64,000 bases of DNA from Octopus sinensis. Its lineage: Eukaryota. Both the position numbers and the translations under genes were made by a program. Below the pieces are notes generated by a model. That model was not told the origin of the DNA. It saw nothing but the letters and a program-made list of their open reading frames with translations, and ran no database searches. The stretch spans positions 32,984,001-33,048,000 of the forward strand of contig NC_042999.1 of NCBI RefSeq assembly GCF_006345805.1. The letters run 5' to 3'. Shown piece by piece: positions 63,567 to 64,000 of the stretch (positions are counted from its first letter, which is position 1; the number at the start of each line of letters is the position of its first letter).

Positions 63567-64000
63567 ATTCCGTCACACGAGTTGTAAGAACGTAATCTCT
63601 TTAATTATAATTAAAAAATCTGAACACGTAAAATGCTTTATGAACTTCAAAATAACTATTTTGCAAAAAATGATTTATATGCAATGACATCGTCATTAAT
63701 ACCAATTCATAGTATTTCCTGCATGCATTTTAATTAAAATTCAGATTTTAAATGAAAATTAACCTCAAATTCATATCAGTAATATCATTAATCATGCTCG
63801 TTTTCGATATTCTATGGAATTATTGTAAACCAGAATACTCTGCAGATTGAATATAGATTATATTATCCCCTTTGGAGAAGAGGAACGGAAGATCAGCTGT
63901 AGTTCCCGTATAACCCGAGGCACATATCCTGCTACCATCTGATAATGACTAGAAGATAATTGTCAACACAATTGAATGTTTGTGTTTGCAAAGTACAAGG

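Overview
AT-rich, repeat-saturated eukaryotic DNA. The tRNA-derived SINE families and abundant (TA)n, (CA)n, (GATA)n and (AAT)n tracts resemble an Octopus-type cephalopod genome; this is recognition from memory, not a database search. No multi-exon host gene can be confidently identified. The window contains a near-intact ~4.6 kb CR1/L2-group LINE (35951-40590, minus strand) with a ~99% identical 3' fragment at 7.8 kb, and six R4/Dong-like LINE pieces, several abutting (TAA)n tracts. It also contains two Penelope-like elements with 545-580 bp inverted arms, five Tc1/mariner-family elements, a MULE (FLYWCH + DDE) fragment, a Helitron helicase fragment and several SINEs. A compact NRF1/ETS/CCAAT promoter-like motif cluster lies at ~58.2 kb. 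The most interesting signals are: (i) about ten hammerhead-ribozyme-like motifs, including a ~190 bp tandem, retrozyme-like unit whose copies all carry U at core position 6 (CUGUNGA); (ii) a 1.7 kb CRISPR-looking array of 12 double-hairpin heads separated by variable runs of a 10-mer; (iii) the LINE ORF1/ORF2 junction, which is one TG dinucleotide away from a TGATG stop-start overlap; and (iv) several fold-back palindromes and a perfect 93 bp inverted repeat. Coordinates were read by eye and element ends are approximate unless termini are quoted.
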